This document shows, piece after piece, positions 1 through 9,334 of a stretch of 64,000 bases of DNA. The notes below the pieces were generated by a model that saw only the letters and a list, made by a program, of their open reading frames with translations, had not been told where the DNA came from and did no database searches. The stretch is taken from the NCBI GenBank assembly GCA_026712905.1, contig JAPOPM010000175.1, forward strand, positions 4,419 through 68,418, read 5' to 3'. Both the position numbers and the translations under genes were made by a program. Source of the stretch: Deltaproteobacteria bacterium. GTDB lineage: Bacteria; Desulfobacterota; Binatia; UBA9968; JAJDTQ01. Numbering within the stretch: position 1 is the stretch's first letter; the number at the start of each line of letters is the position of its first letter.

Positions 1-812
1 AGTCCGGCATCCGCCATGCGCAGAAACTCGTCGACTCCATAGAGGTTCTCGCCCCCTGCCAGCGGGATCGAGGTGGATTGCGCCAGACGCTCCCAGTCGG
101 CGCAGCCGGCATCCGCCGGAATCGGTTCTTCGGCGAAGAGTGGCTCAAATTCCTCCAGAGACCCGAGCATGGCCTCCGCCCGCGACACATCCCATGTCTG
201 GTTGCTGTCGATCATGATGTGTGTGCCGGGCGGGCGGATGGCGGCGGCCTTCCGCACGAAGGCGCGGTCGGCGGTGTCATCGAACCCCAGCTTCAGCTTG
301 AACTGCGACTGGCCCCGTTCCGCGTGGTGTTGCATCAACCGTTCAAGGTCGGGCGGATTGATCGAGCTGGCGTAGGTAGGGGCGCTGGCCTCGGCAAGGC
401 CGCTGTGCGCGGCGAACGTCCGCCCCGCGCTTCGGAGCACAAGATCCCAGAGCGCGACGTCCATTCCGGCGAGGATGTGCTCGAAGACGCGCTTCTGTCC
501 GACGTGCAGGAAGTAGGTCGACAATGCCCTTCGCAGGAACGCGTCGATTTCCACCGGCTCGGAGAACGCAACCCCCCTCAGACGAGGGGCGATCACATCC
601 TCGATGACCTGCGCCTTGTGGATATTCGCGCGTGGCGGAAAGTTCGCCCACACCTCGCCCCAGCCGACGCAGCCGTGGTCATCCCGGACGCGCACGAGCA
701 GCGCGGGACGGGTGGACATGACTCCGAGGGCCATGTTCGGGCTCACGCCGCCGGCGGCCCGGATCGGGTACGCATCGACGGATTCAACCGTCACCGAATG
801 CTTGAAATTCAT
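1..812 (-). CDS. Enolase-superfamily protein (mandelate racemase/muconate lactonizing enzyme family), partial; C-terminus lies beyond window start
   Basis: Manual translation of the minus-strand frame with ATG at 810-812 gives MNFKHSVTVESVDAYPIRAAGGVSPNMALGVMSTRPALLVRVRDDHGCVGWGEVWANF...EHILAGMDVALWDL...KLKLGFDD...IMIDSNQTWD. It has no stop down to position 1, so it is missing from the ORF track. The MDVALWDL motif, the KxK motif and the metal-ligand Asp motifs are typical of the enolase superfamily. Confidence 0.6.
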   Translation of the reverse strand, partial: MNFKHSVTVESVDAYPIRAAGGVSPNMALGVMSTRPALLVRVRDDHGCVGWGEVWANFPPRANIHKAQVIEDVIAPRLRGVAFSEPVEIDAFLRRALSTYFLHVGQKRVFEHILAGMDVALWDLVLRSAGRTFAAHSGLAEASAPTYASSINPPDLERLMQHHAERGQSQFKLKLGFDDTADRAFVRKAAAIRPPGTHIMIDSNQTWDVSRAEAMLGSLEEFEPLFAEEPIPADAGCADWERLAQSTSIPLAGGENLYGVDEFLRMADAG

Positions 813-844
813 CGGTCGCAACGAGCCGCTCCGCCCGGTGAACG

Positions 845-2350
845 TCAGGGGACGACGATGGCGCGCGGCAGAAGCTCATCGAGATAGCGTCTGCCCTCTT
901 CCTGAGTGAGGTAGTTCTCGGGCGGGAAATCCAGCGCAAGGTCCCAATCGTCTCCGGTCTGCTCCATGTGGGCCCGGATGCGCGCGTCGAAGTCATCCAT
1001 GAGCGCGCCGAACTGCCCGTCCTCGGCCAGGTTGTTCAGTTCGTCGGGGTCGTTGCGCAGGTCGAACAGCAGCTTGCGCCGTGTCGGTTGGCGCACGTAC
1101 AGCCAATCGCCGGTGCGGATGCCGCGCTCCGGGACCGGCGTAAACTCCGACACGTCGCCGTCGTGCATCTTCATGGACTGGTACATCACCGCGTCACGCG
1201 TTTCCGCGGCCGTGCCGTCGAGCAGGGGCAGGTAGCTGACACCGCTGACCGGGTCCGGCACCGGAACGCCGCACAGCTCCAGCAGGCTCGGCATGGTGTC
1301 CACGGCGACGTCGATCATCGAGTCCGCGGTGCCGCCCGCGGGGAACCGGGCGGGGTAACGGACGATGAACGGCACCTGCATGGCGGCCCGGTAGGCGGTC
1401 TTCTTGATGCCGCAGTAGTAGCCGTGCTGGCCCAGCATGTCGCCGTGGTCGCTCAGGAAGATCACCAGCGTGTCGCCGGCGATGTCCAGGGCATCAAGCC
1501 GGTTCAGCACCCGCCCCACGTTGTGGTCGATGTTGGCGATCATGCCGTAGTACTCGGCGATGAACCGCCGCACCTCCGCCTCCGTCTCCGCCTCCCCCGG
1601 CGTCTTGTGTCCATGGCCGGCATGGCTGCTCAATTCGGCCTTCACGTTGCCGGCGCAGTCGAATTGCAGGCGATCCCTGCGCGCCTTCTCACGCTCCTCG
1701 GGACCGAGAATGCCGGGAGGCAACGGGACCTCCTCGGGCTTGTAGAGATTCCGCAGGTACCCGGGCATGTTCATGGGGAAGTGCGGCGGCCCGTAGCACA
1801 CGAAACCGAAGAAGGGTTTGCCGGAGCCCTCGGTGACCGACGCGTCGATGAACTCGATCAGGTGGTCGGTCTGATAGTCCGGCTCGAAGCGGGGACAGTG
1901 ATACGGCTGGCCGTCGTCCTTGTAGTAGATCGACCGCAGGTAGTGATGGCCGCGGTTGAAGCCGACGAAGTGGTCGAACCCGAAGCGGCGTTCCCCGGGC
2001 GGCACGAACCCCGGCCTCGGCCCTCCTTCGAGATGCCACTTGCCGATGTAGCCGGTCTGGTAACCCGCGTCCTTCAAGAGCTGCGCCAGAAAGATCTGCC
2101 GGGCGTTCAGTGGAAAGTGGTTCTGGTACATGCCGTGCCCCTGGGCGTACTTTCCGGTGAACAGCGACGCACGGAAGGGGCAGCACACGGGATACGACAC
2201 GTAGGCGTTCCGGAAGTGGACACCCTCGCCGGCCAGCCGGTCGATATTCGGCGTCTTGATCACCGGGTTTCCGGCGCACCCCATGGCATCGTGCCGCATC
2301 TGGTCCGGGTAGAATATCAGTATATTGGGTCGTGTACGGGTATCCGGCAT
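845..2350 (-). CDS. Sulfatase (arylsulfatase family, formylglycine-dependent)
   Basis: 501-aa ORF. Sulfatase signature CCPFRASLFTGKY (CxPxRxxLxTGK) and GKWHLG motif. ATG at 2348-2350 is preceded by a GGAGGA ribosome-binding site; the track start at 2353 is GTG. Confidence 0.85.
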   Translation of the reverse strand: MPDTRTRPNILIFYPDQMRHDAMGCAGNPVIKTPNIDRLAGEGVHFRNAYVSYPVCCPFRASLFTGKYAQGHGMYQNHFPLNARQIFLAQLLKDAGYQTGYIGKWHLEGGPRPGFVPPGERRFGFDHFVGFNRGHHYLRSIYYKDDGQPYHCPRFEPDYQTDHLIEFIDASVTEGSGKPFFGFVCYGPPHFPMNMPGYLRNLYKPEEVPLPPGILGPEEREKARRDRLQFDCAGNVKAELSSHAGHGHKTPGEAETEAEVRRFIAEYYGMIANIDHNVGRVLNRLDALDIAGDTLVIFLSDHGDMLGQHGYYCGIKKTAYRAAMQVPFIVRYPARFPAGGTADSMIDVAVDTMPSLLELCGVPVPDPVSGVSYLPLLDGTAAETRDAVMYQSMKMHDGDVSEFTPVPERGIRTGDWLYVRQPTRRKLLFDLRNDPDELNNLAEDGQFGALMDDFDARIRAHMEQTGDDWDLALDFPPENYLTQEEGRRYLDELLPRAIVVP

Positions 2351-2374
2351 CACGCATCCTCCTGCCCGCTTGTC

Positions 2375-3367
2375 TCAGCCTTTCCTCCGCACGACCTCAC
2401 GTGCGGCGTCGACGATAGCGGCGCTGTCCAGTCCGAATTTCTTGAAAAGATACTGCGTGGATCCCCCTTCGGCGAAGCGATCGGCGACCCCGACCCGCCG
2501 GAACGGCACTCCGATTCCCGCGTCACACAGCACTTCGGCCACGGCGGAACCGAGACCGCCCAGGATCGTGTGATTCTCGGCGGTGACGATGGCGCCGGTG
2601 GCCTTCGCGCGATCGAGCACCAGCGCGGCGTCCAAGGGCTTGAGCGAGGCCATGTCGACGACCGAGGCGGCGATCCCCTCAGCGGCAAGCCGGTCCGCGG
2701 CGGCCACGGCCTCCGCCACCGCCAGGCCGGCGGCCATGATCGTGAGGTCGGCGCCGTCCCGGCGCAGGATGCCGCGGCCCGACACCAGCGGTTGCGCCGC
2801 AACCGGACCATCGGGCGGTGTCTCCGGCCGCTTCATCCTCAGGTAGACCGGACCCTCATGCTCGAGCGCCAGTCGCACGGCCGCGGCGAAATATTCGGGA
2901 GCCGATGGCTCGAGGACCATCATGTTCGGCACCGCCCGCATCGCGGCCACGTCCTCGGTCGCCTGGTGCGACACGCCCAACAGCGTCGCGAGGCCGGGAA
3001 GGAAGCCCACGATCTTGATGGGTAGGTTGGGGTAGGCCGCCTGCAGGATGATCTGGTCGTAGCAACGCCTGGTGGCGAACGCGCAGAAGGTGTGCACGAA
3101 GGGGATCTCGCCACAACGCGCCATGCCTCCCGCGAGACCGATCATGTTGGCCTCGGCGATGCCGACGTTGTGAAAGCGATCCGGGAAGGTATCGCGGAAG
3201 ATATCGGTTTCGGTGGGCGCGGCCAGGTCGGCGGCCAGACACACGATTCGGGGATCGTCGTGGGCCGCGGCCAGGAGCGCGTCGCCGTAAAACCGGGGAA
3301 TGGGACGCTGCGAGCGGTTGATGAAATCGGCCGCTTCCAACCGCGACAGGGGGTGGGATCCGGTCAT
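2375..3367 (-). CDS. Transketolase, C-terminal subunit (split transketolase)
   Basis: The internal Met MTGSHPLSRLEAADF... within the 548-aa ORF 2375..4021 is the real start (ATGA overlap with the upstream subunit stop). Pyrimidine-binding and C-terminal transketolase domain motifs (GIAEANMIGLAGGMA, VYLRMKR). The N-terminal 218 residues of the track ORF are out-of-frame read-through. Confidence 0.8.
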   Translation of the reverse strand: MTGSHPLSRLEAADFINRSQRPIPRFYGDALLAAAHDDPRIVCLAADLAAPTETDIFRDTFPDRFHNVGIAEANMIGLAGGMARCGEIPFVHTFCAFATRRCYDQIILQAAYPNLPIKIVGFLPGLATLLGVSHQATEDVAAMRAVPNMMVLEPSAPEYFAAAVRLALEHEGPVYLRMKRPETPPDGPVAAQPLVSGRGILRRDGADLTIMAAGLAVAEAVAAADRLAAEGIAASVVDMASLKPLDAALVLDRAKATGAIVTAENHTILGGLGSAVAEVLCDAGIGVPFRRVGVADRFAEGGSTQYLFKKFGLDSAAIVDAAREVVRRKG

Positions 3368-4203
3368 GGCGCGAGTCTTCCTTTCAGTTCCTGAACGGCG
3401 CCGGCGGCGATGTCGGGCGGGAAGCGCAACTGGTGCGCGATCATCCCTTCCAGGAAGGACACGCCCTTCCCGACGAGGGTCTCCGCGATCAGGAAGCTCG
3501 GTATGCCCTTGGTTCCCCGCGCCGCGGCGAGGGCATCCAACAGGGCCGCCAGGTCGTTGCCGTCCACCCTGCTCACCGAAAACCCGAAACTCTCCATCTT
3601 GCCGGCAATCGGCTCCAGCGTGAGGATGTTGTCCACATTTCCTTCGGACTGCATTCGATTGGAGTCGAGAATAAGGCACAGGTTGTCGAGTTTCCACGAG
3701 CCCGCGGTCATCGCCGCCTCCCAGACCTGACCTTCCTGCATCTCGCCATCGCCCAGGACCGCGTAGACGCGCGCGGACCTGCCCTGCCGCTTGAGCGCCA
3801 TGGCCGTGCCGACGGCAACGGACAGTCCCTGGCCGAGGGAACCGCAGGTCGCCTCGACGAACGGCCCCACCCGCTCCGAGGCGTTCGTCTCCAGCTCCGC
3901 GCCGTCCTGGCAGTAGGTCGCGAGACGGTCCGTCTCGAAGAATCCGCGTTCGGCCAGCGCGGCGTAGAAAATCGCGGTGTTGTGCGCCGTCGTCAGGAAG
4001 ACCCGGTCGCGGTCCGGCCACGTGGGATCGGACGGGTCCAGCCGCGCTTCGGCGAAATAGAGCGCCGTGAAGATATCCGCCGCGCCCAAGCCCTGCTGAA
4101 CATAGCCTTGCCCCAGAGGGGCGACCATCTCGACCACGTGCAGGCGAAGTGTCGCGGCAATCCGTTCCAGCACGGCGATGTCTGTAGTGCGGATGTCTGT
4201 CAT
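3364..4203 (-). CDS. Transketolase, N-terminal (ThDP-binding) subunit
   Basis: 279-aa ORF; GDGEMQEGQVWEA ThDP-binding motif; GGGAGG ribosome-binding site upstream of the ATG at 4201-4203. Confidence 0.85.
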   Translation of the reverse strand: MTDIRTTDIAVLERIAATLRLHVVEMVAPLGQGYVQQGLGAADIFTALYFAEARLDPSDPTWPDRDRVFLTTAHNTAIFYAALAERGFFETDRLATYCQDGAELETNASERVGPFVEATCGSLGQGLSVAVGTAMALKRQGRSARVYAVLGDGEMQEGQVWEAAMTAGSWKLDNLCLILDSNRMQSEGNVDNILTLEPIAGKMESFGFSVSRVDGNDLAALLDALAAARGTKGIPSFLIAETLVGKGVSFLEGMIAHQLRFPPDIAAGAVQELKGRLAP

Positions 4204-4301
4204 CTGCTCCTCCCTGAACGAGCCGTATACCAGTCTAGCTCTTCAGCCCTATATACTTCAAGCGAATGCAATCGACGTCCCCGAAAGAGGACATGGCGCG
4301 G

Positions 4302-5321
4302 TCACTCCATGGGGTGCGTCAGCGTCTCCAGGTAGGCCTGGATGACCGTGTTGTACCAGGGCGTGGCGCCGTGGCGCGCGTGAAAACCCACGTGGCCGCC
4401 GTCGCCGGTGAGCACCAGGGTCACGTTGGGTGGGGTGTCGCGGCCGATGTCCACGTAGGGATCGGCCGGTATCCAGGGATCGTTCCTGGCGTGAAGCAGC
4501 AGCAATGGGATGTCGATGCGGTCGAGCAATCCGGTCGCGGAGCAACGAGCGTAATAGTCGTCGGCGTCCGCAAAACCGTGGTGTGGCGCGGTGAAGGCGT
4601 CGTCGAACTCGCGGATGCTGCGCGCGTCCAGGACCGCCGCCTTTTGCCCCGGAGTTATCTCGGAGGCGCCGGCGATGACCGCATCCTTCATGCGCCCCAG
4701 CAGCCACCGGTGATAAAGAACATTGCGCGGCCGCATCAACCTGTGAATCACCGCCGCCAGGTCGAGGGGAGTCGACACCGTTACCGCGCAGATGGGCTGG
4801 ACCGCGCACGCGTGCCGCGCCAGACAGTGAAGGGTCACGGTGCCGCCGAGGGAGAACCCGATCAGCACGACCCCGTGGCGCGCCTCCTCGATGTCCAGGG
4901 CCGACAGCACCGCGGCGACGTTGTCTCCCGAACCCCCGCAATAGCTTCCGCGGCAGGTCTCCCGCGACGGACCCGCACCCCGGAGGTTGAGGCGCATGAC
5001 GGGATATCCGCGGGCGAGGAACGAGCGTGTGGTCTCGAACATGTACGAGCTGCCCTCGCATCCGGTGAGCCCGTGGACGAGGATGACCAGCGGCCGGTCC
5101 GTGGCGTGGTGCGGCCGATGCAGCCTGGCCACGAGCACATCACCACTCCCATCCGGCAGCGGGAAGCTCAGGCGCCTCGACGGCCACGCGGACAGATCCT
5201 CGCTGCAAGGAAAGAAATAGTAACGGAGCGTCTGGAGATCGCCGCCCAGCCACGGGAAGCGGGGGACGAAGCCGGGATAAACGGTGGACGGGCGGGTTTC
5301 GAAACCCGCCCGCGCCCGCAT
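4302..5321 (-). CDS. Alpha/beta-fold hydrolase (YheT/abhydrolase-like)
   Basis: HGLTG and GFSLGG nucleophile-elbow motifs. Start chosen at the internal ATG (MRARAGFETRP...) because the track start at 5465 would overlap the upstream enolase gene by about 100 nt. Confidence 0.7.
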   Translation of the reverse strand: MRARAGFETRPSTVYPGFVPRFPWLGGDLQTLRYYFFPCSEDLSAWPSRRLSFPLPDGSGDVLVARLHRPHHATDRPLVILVHGLTGCEGSSYMFETTRSFLARGYPVMRLNLRGAGPSRETCRGSYCGGSGDNVAAVLSALDIEEARHGVVLIGFSLGGTVTLHCLARHACAVQPICAVTVSTPLDLAAVIHRLMRPRNVLYHRWLLGRMKDAVIAGASEITPGQKAAVLDARSIREFDDAFTAPHHGFADADDYYARCSATGLLDRIDIPLLLLHARNDPWIPADPYVDIGRDTPPNVTLVLTGDGGHVGFHARHGATPWYNTVIQAYLETLTHPME

Positions 5322-5362
5322 CGCGCCATCGGCCGGCACGCATTGCTCGGAGGTCCGCGCCA

Positions 5363-6430
5363 CTAGTCCGCTCTCGTGACTCCCAGCCCCGGACCCTCCG
5401 GCACGCCGAGCTTTCCGTCCACCACCTTGATGCCCGTGAACGGGTCGCCGGTGAGGGCCTCGCACTCGCCGATCTCGCAGAACTCGGACACGCCCGGCGA
5501 GCTAAGGGCCACGTGCAGCAGTGCGGCGTCGCCCACCATGCAGGCGGCGATGTTGCTCAGGCCGCAATCGGTCCCGGTGAGCGCGCACATGTCGGCGATC
5601 TGCCGCGTCTGTTGCACGCCGCCGGCCTTGAGGATGCCGGTGTTGATGGAATCGCAGGCGTTGTCGCGGATGAGCCTGAAGGCATCGTGGACCGCGCTTG
5701 CCGACTGGTCGGCTTCGATCTTGATGCTCGACTGGGCCTTCACCTCGGCGAGCGCTACGTCATGATGCCGGGACAGCGGTTGCTCGAACACCGACACCCC
5801 CAACTCGGCCATGCCAGCGGCCATGCGAATGGCGGATTTGGCGTCGAAGGCTTCGTTGGCGTCCACCTTGATGTAGATGTCCGGCCCTACCGCGTCGCGC
5901 ACCGCGGTCACCCGCGCGAGGTCTAGACCCACCTCGCCCTTCACCTTGAGCTTGATCGCGCGGTAGCCCTGGCTCACCAGCTCGCGGCACTCCCGGGCCA
6001 TCTCCATCGGCGATCCGACGCTCACCATCTTGATGACGATGATCTCCTTGCGCACCAGTCCGCCCAAGAGCACGTAGAGGGGCGCGCCGTAGCACTTGCC
6101 CAACAGATCGTACAGGGCCATGTCCACGCCGCCCTTGGCGCGCCGGTTGTCCACCATACGGAAGTTGATGAGCTTGTTCAGCCGGTTGAGCTCTTCAATC
6201 GGCTGTCCCACCAGGAGCGGGCGCATGATCTCCTCGATGGCGCACCGGACCGAAGCGGGGGTCTCGCCGGTCCTGGGAAACACGTCGATATAGCCGTAGC
6301 CGGTGTGTCCCGAGTCCGCCTCCACGCTCACCAGGAAACCGTTGGACGAGTAGAACTGATTGGTGGCGGTGATGAGAGGCTTCGTGTACGGCAACTCCAG
6401 AGCCTCGAGCTGTACGTCCGTGATCTTCAT
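5363..6430 (-). CDS. Enolase-superfamily enzyme (mandelate racemase/muconate lactonizing enzyme family)
   Basis: 355 aa; MKITDV start, KxK (AIKLKVKG), DANEAF and other metal-ligand motifs. Confidence 0.8.
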   Translation of the reverse strand: MKITDVQLEALELPYTKPLITATNQFYSSNGFLVSVEADSGHTGYGYIDVFPRTGETPASVRCAIEEIMRPLLVGQPIEELNRLNKLINFRMVDNRRAKGGVDMALYDLLGKCYGAPLYVLLGGLVRKEIIVIKMVSVGSPMEMARECRELVSQGYRAIKLKVKGEVGLDLARVTAVRDAVGPDIYIKVDANEAFDAKSAIRMAAGMAELGVSVFEQPLSRHHDVALAEVKAQSSIKIEADQSASAVHDAFRLIRDNACDSINTGILKAGGVQQTRQIADMCALTGTDCGLSNIAACMVGDAALLHVALSSPGVSEFCEIGECEALTGDPFTGIKVVDGKLGVPEGPGLGVTRAD

Positions 6431-6442
6431 GATGGCACTCCT

Positions 6443-8605
6443 TCAGAGAGAAGACGTGTAGTCCCCCGCGGCACACCGCACCAGCGTGTCCACCGCCAGC
6501 ACGCCCTGTCCCTCGGGCAGGACCATGAGGGGGTTGAATTCGATCTCGTCCACTTCACCGCGATAGTCCAGCGCCAGCCGAGACAGCGCCACGATGGCCT
6601 CCGCCAGGGCGGCGACGTCGGCCTTGGACCGGCCGCGGGCTCCGGCGAGCAGCGGGTAGGTGCGGATCTCCCGGATCATGTCTTGAGCCTCCGGCAACCC
6701 CAGAGGCGGAAGCCGGAACGCCACGTCTTTCAGCACCTCGGTGTAGATGCCGCCCAGCCCGAACACGAGGCAGATTCCCAGATCCGGCGTGCGCGACGTG
6801 CCGATGATGACCTCGGCGACACCCTGCACCATCTTCTGCACCAGCACGCCGTCGATGCGAGCGCCGGGCGCGTTCCTTCCCACGTCCTCCAGCAGCCGGT
6901 CGTACGCCTGCGCCACCTCCGCGGCGCTCGCCAGGTTGAGCCGCACGCCTCCGGCCTCGGTCTTGTGGGGCAAGTCCGTGGACTCCACCTTCAGCACCAC
7001 CGGAAACCCCATTTCGCCGGCGGCTTCCGCCGCCTCCTCACGCGAGCCGGCCAGGCGCTCGGGAACCATGGGGATGCCGTAGGCCCGAAGCAGCCGCCGT
7101 ACGGTGGCGTGGGAGGCCTCGCCCCCGGCGAGGAGCGGACGCAGCGCCTCGGTCTCCGCCGGCTCCGCCACGGACGCCTCGGCCGCGGCGCCTGAGCGAC
7201 CCCGCGACAGCGCGAGGACGTCGCGCACCGCGCGCAGCGATTTCTCGTACTCCAGCAGCAAGGGAACCTGCAGCTCGTCGAAGAACTCGAACCAGGAGCG
7301 GTCGAGTTGCTCGCTGGCCCGGGAAAGGAACAGGAACGGTTTGCCGCCGCGCCGGAGCGCGGCCGTCGACTCCCGGTACAACTGCGTGAGCCGGTCGCTG
7401 GGACTCTTGGGCAGGTTCAGGCGGCAACAGATCACCGCGAAGTTGTCGTCGCCCATGAACGTTTCCAGGCATTCGAGATAACCGGACCGGTTCGCCCAGT
7501 GCAGTTCCTCGATGTCCAGGGGGTTGCCGTTGAAGCCCTCCTTGTCGAAATAGTTGCGCAGCGCCTCGTAGGTGGCGCCGGAGGGTTCGGGCAGGTCCAC
7601 GCCGTTGCGCTCGCAGATATCGGCGAGGAAGCTGCAATCGCCCCCCGAGATGGTGACGATGCCGACGCCGCCGGAGCCGGGCAGACGGTAGGGGTCCGGG
7701 GTCGCCACGGCCAGGGCGGTGACTTCCAGCATCTGGTCGAGGTTGTCCACCGGGATGACGCCCTTCTGCCGAAAGAGCCCGTCCCACACCGCGCCCGAGG
7801 TGGCCATGTTGCCCGAGTGCGACGCGACCGCGCGACCGCCCTTCTGCGAACGCCCGAGTCTCAGCGCGACCACCACTTTCTCCCGTTCCCGCGCAAGGTC
7901 CAGCAGGCCCGCCATCTCCTCGGGACGGCTCATGGACTCGATGACCACGACGATGACGCGGGTGCCGTCGTCATCCACCGCGGCCCGCAGGTAGTCGGTG
8001 AAGCCCGCGCCCACCTGGTTGCCCGGCGCGATGGCGTAGCGGAATCCCAAGCAACGGTCGGCGGCGGTGTTGAGGAAGAGGTTGAGCAGGCCGGCGCTGC
8101 TGAACACCGCGCTCACGGGCCCGGTGGTGAGGCGTTCGGGGAGCGGCGACGACCACAGCGCGGCGCCGCATTCGAGGGACAGATAGCCCAGGGTATTGGG
8201 GCCGGCCAGCGCGATGCCGCTCTCGCGCACGATGCGGGACAGCTCCGCCTGGTACTTCCGGCCCGTGTCATCGAACTCGCCGAAGCCCGTGGCCACGGTA
8301 AGCGCGGCGCGCACGCCCTTGGCGGCGCATTCCTCCATGACCTGCACGGTGCCGTCGCGCGGGATGGCGATGACCGCCAGGTCCACGTCGCCCGGGACCG
8401 CGCCCACGGAAGGGTGGCATGGCAGATCGAAAAGCCGCTCGTAACGCGGGTTGACCGGGTAGATGTTCTCTTTCGGGAAGCCGAACCGGAACAGGTTGCG
8501 CATGAGCGCGGCCGCGTGGGGAGCGCGCTCGGACGCTCCGATGAGCACGATGTTGCGGGGCCTGAGGAGGGCCGACATGCCGTCGGAGTTGGAAGCAGTA
8601 GCCAT
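6443..8605 (-). CDS. Acyl-CoA synthetase (ADP/NDP-forming), fused alpha/beta domains (acetate--CoA ligase [ADP-forming] family)
   Basis: 720 aa; N-terminal CoA-binding/succinyl-CoA-synthetase-like domain (VLIGASERAPH...) plus C-terminal ATP-grasp domain (GFPVVLKVES...). Confidence 0.75.
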   Translation of the reverse strand: MATASNSDGMSALLRPRNIVLIGASERAPHAAALMRNLFRFGFPKENIYPVNPRYERLFDLPCHPSVGAVPGDVDLAVIAIPRDGTVQVMEECAAKGVRAALTVATGFGEFDDTGRKYQAELSRIVRESGIALAGPNTLGYLSLECGAALWSSPLPERLTTGPVSAVFSSAGLLNLFLNTAADRCLGFRYAIAPGNQVGAGFTDYLRAAVDDDGTRVIVVVIESMSRPEEMAGLLDLAREREKVVVALRLGRSQKGGRAVASHSGNMATSGAVWDGLFRQKGVIPVDNLDQMLEVTALAVATPDPYRLPGSGGVGIVTISGGDCSFLADICERNGVDLPEPSGATYEALRNYFDKEGFNGNPLDIEELHWANRSGYLECLETFMGDDNFAVICCRLNLPKSPSDRLTQLYRESTAALRRGGKPFLFLSRASEQLDRSWFEFFDELQVPLLLEYEKSLRAVRDVLALSRGRSGAAAEASVAEPAETEALRPLLAGGEASHATVRRLLRAYGIPMVPERLAGSREEAAEAAGEMGFPVVLKVESTDLPHKTEAGGVRLNLASAAEVAQAYDRLLEDVGRNAPGARIDGVLVQKMVQGVAEVIIGTSRTPDLGICLVFGLGGIYTEVLKDVAFRLPPLGLPEAQDMIREIRTYPLLAGARGRSKADVAALAEAIVALSRLALDYRGEVDEIEFNPLMVLPEGQGVLAVDTLVRCAAGDYTSSL

Positions 8606-8663
8606 GATCGTCCTGGAGTTTGTGGCGTCCTTAGACTTCGCTACGCTACGCTCAGGACGAACG

Positions 8664-9137
8664 TCAACTCACGCCCAACCGTCCTGCCGCCGCGCGGACC
8701 GCGCGCATGATGTTGGGGTAGCCGCCGCAGCGGCACAGATTGCCCGAAAGGTACTCGCGGATCTGGTCGTCGGTGGGGTCCCGGTGTTCTTCGAGCAGTG
8801 CCTTGGCGGCCATGATGAATCCGGGGGTGCAGTAGCCGCACTGAGCGGCGTCGTTCTCGAGGAACGCCTGCTGGATCGGGTGCAGGGAGTCGCCGCCGTC
8901 CATCCCTTCCACGGTCTCCACGGCGCAGCCGTCCAGGCGCGACGCGAGCAGGAAGCACGCGCTCACCGGCCTCCCGTCCAGAAGGACCGTGCAGCTCCCG
9001 CAGGCACCCACGCCGCAGGATTCGCGGACGCTCCAGAGCTTGAGTCCGTCGCGCAGGACCTCCAGCAGGGTGTCGGCATCGTTGAGCTCCAACTCCCGCT
9101 GTTCCCCGTTCACCGTCAGGCTGATGGTACGTTCCAT
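8664..9137 (-). CDS. (2Fe-2S)-binding small subunit of a molybdenum hydroxylase (CoxS-like)
   Basis: 157 aa; CGxGxCGxC and CGYCTPG/CRCGGY cysteine motifs. Confidence 0.85.
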   Translation of the reverse strand: MERTISLTVNGEQRELELNDADTLLEVLRDGLKLWSVRESCGVGACGSCTVLLDGRPVSACFLLASRLDGCAVETVEGMDGGDSLHPIQQAFLENDAAQCGYCTPGFIMAAKALLEEHRDPTDDQIREYLSGNLCRCGGYPNIMRAVRAAAGRLGVS

Positions 9138-9334
9138 GACCTTCGCTCCGTCAACCTGTCCGCGGTGCTCTAGTGTTGCGTTTGGCCCGACACCGCTCCA
9201 GGTTCAAGCGAACCGTAGACGCTCCCAAGCCCGAAGGCAAGCTCCGTGAGCCGGACACGGCATAGCCGGGAAAAACGGCGCCGCCGCCATCACACGGTGG
9301 ATGAAATACACGGCCTGAAAGAGGGCGCGTCGAG

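Noticed and set aside
73-887. Plus-strand ORFs 73..375 and 78..887 at the window start
   Set aside because: They overlap the better-supported minus-strand enolase-family partial gene, and their translations are low-complexity.
968-3025. 685-aa plus-strand ORF overlapping the sulfatase and transketolase
   Set aside because: Antisense to two well-supported minus-strand genes; low-complexity R/G/H-rich translation.
2375-4021. 548-aa ORF as a single transketolase gene
   Set aside because: The homologous part begins at the internal Met at 3367, which overlaps the stop of the N-terminal subunit gene as ATGA. Upstream residues are out-of-frame read-through of that gene.
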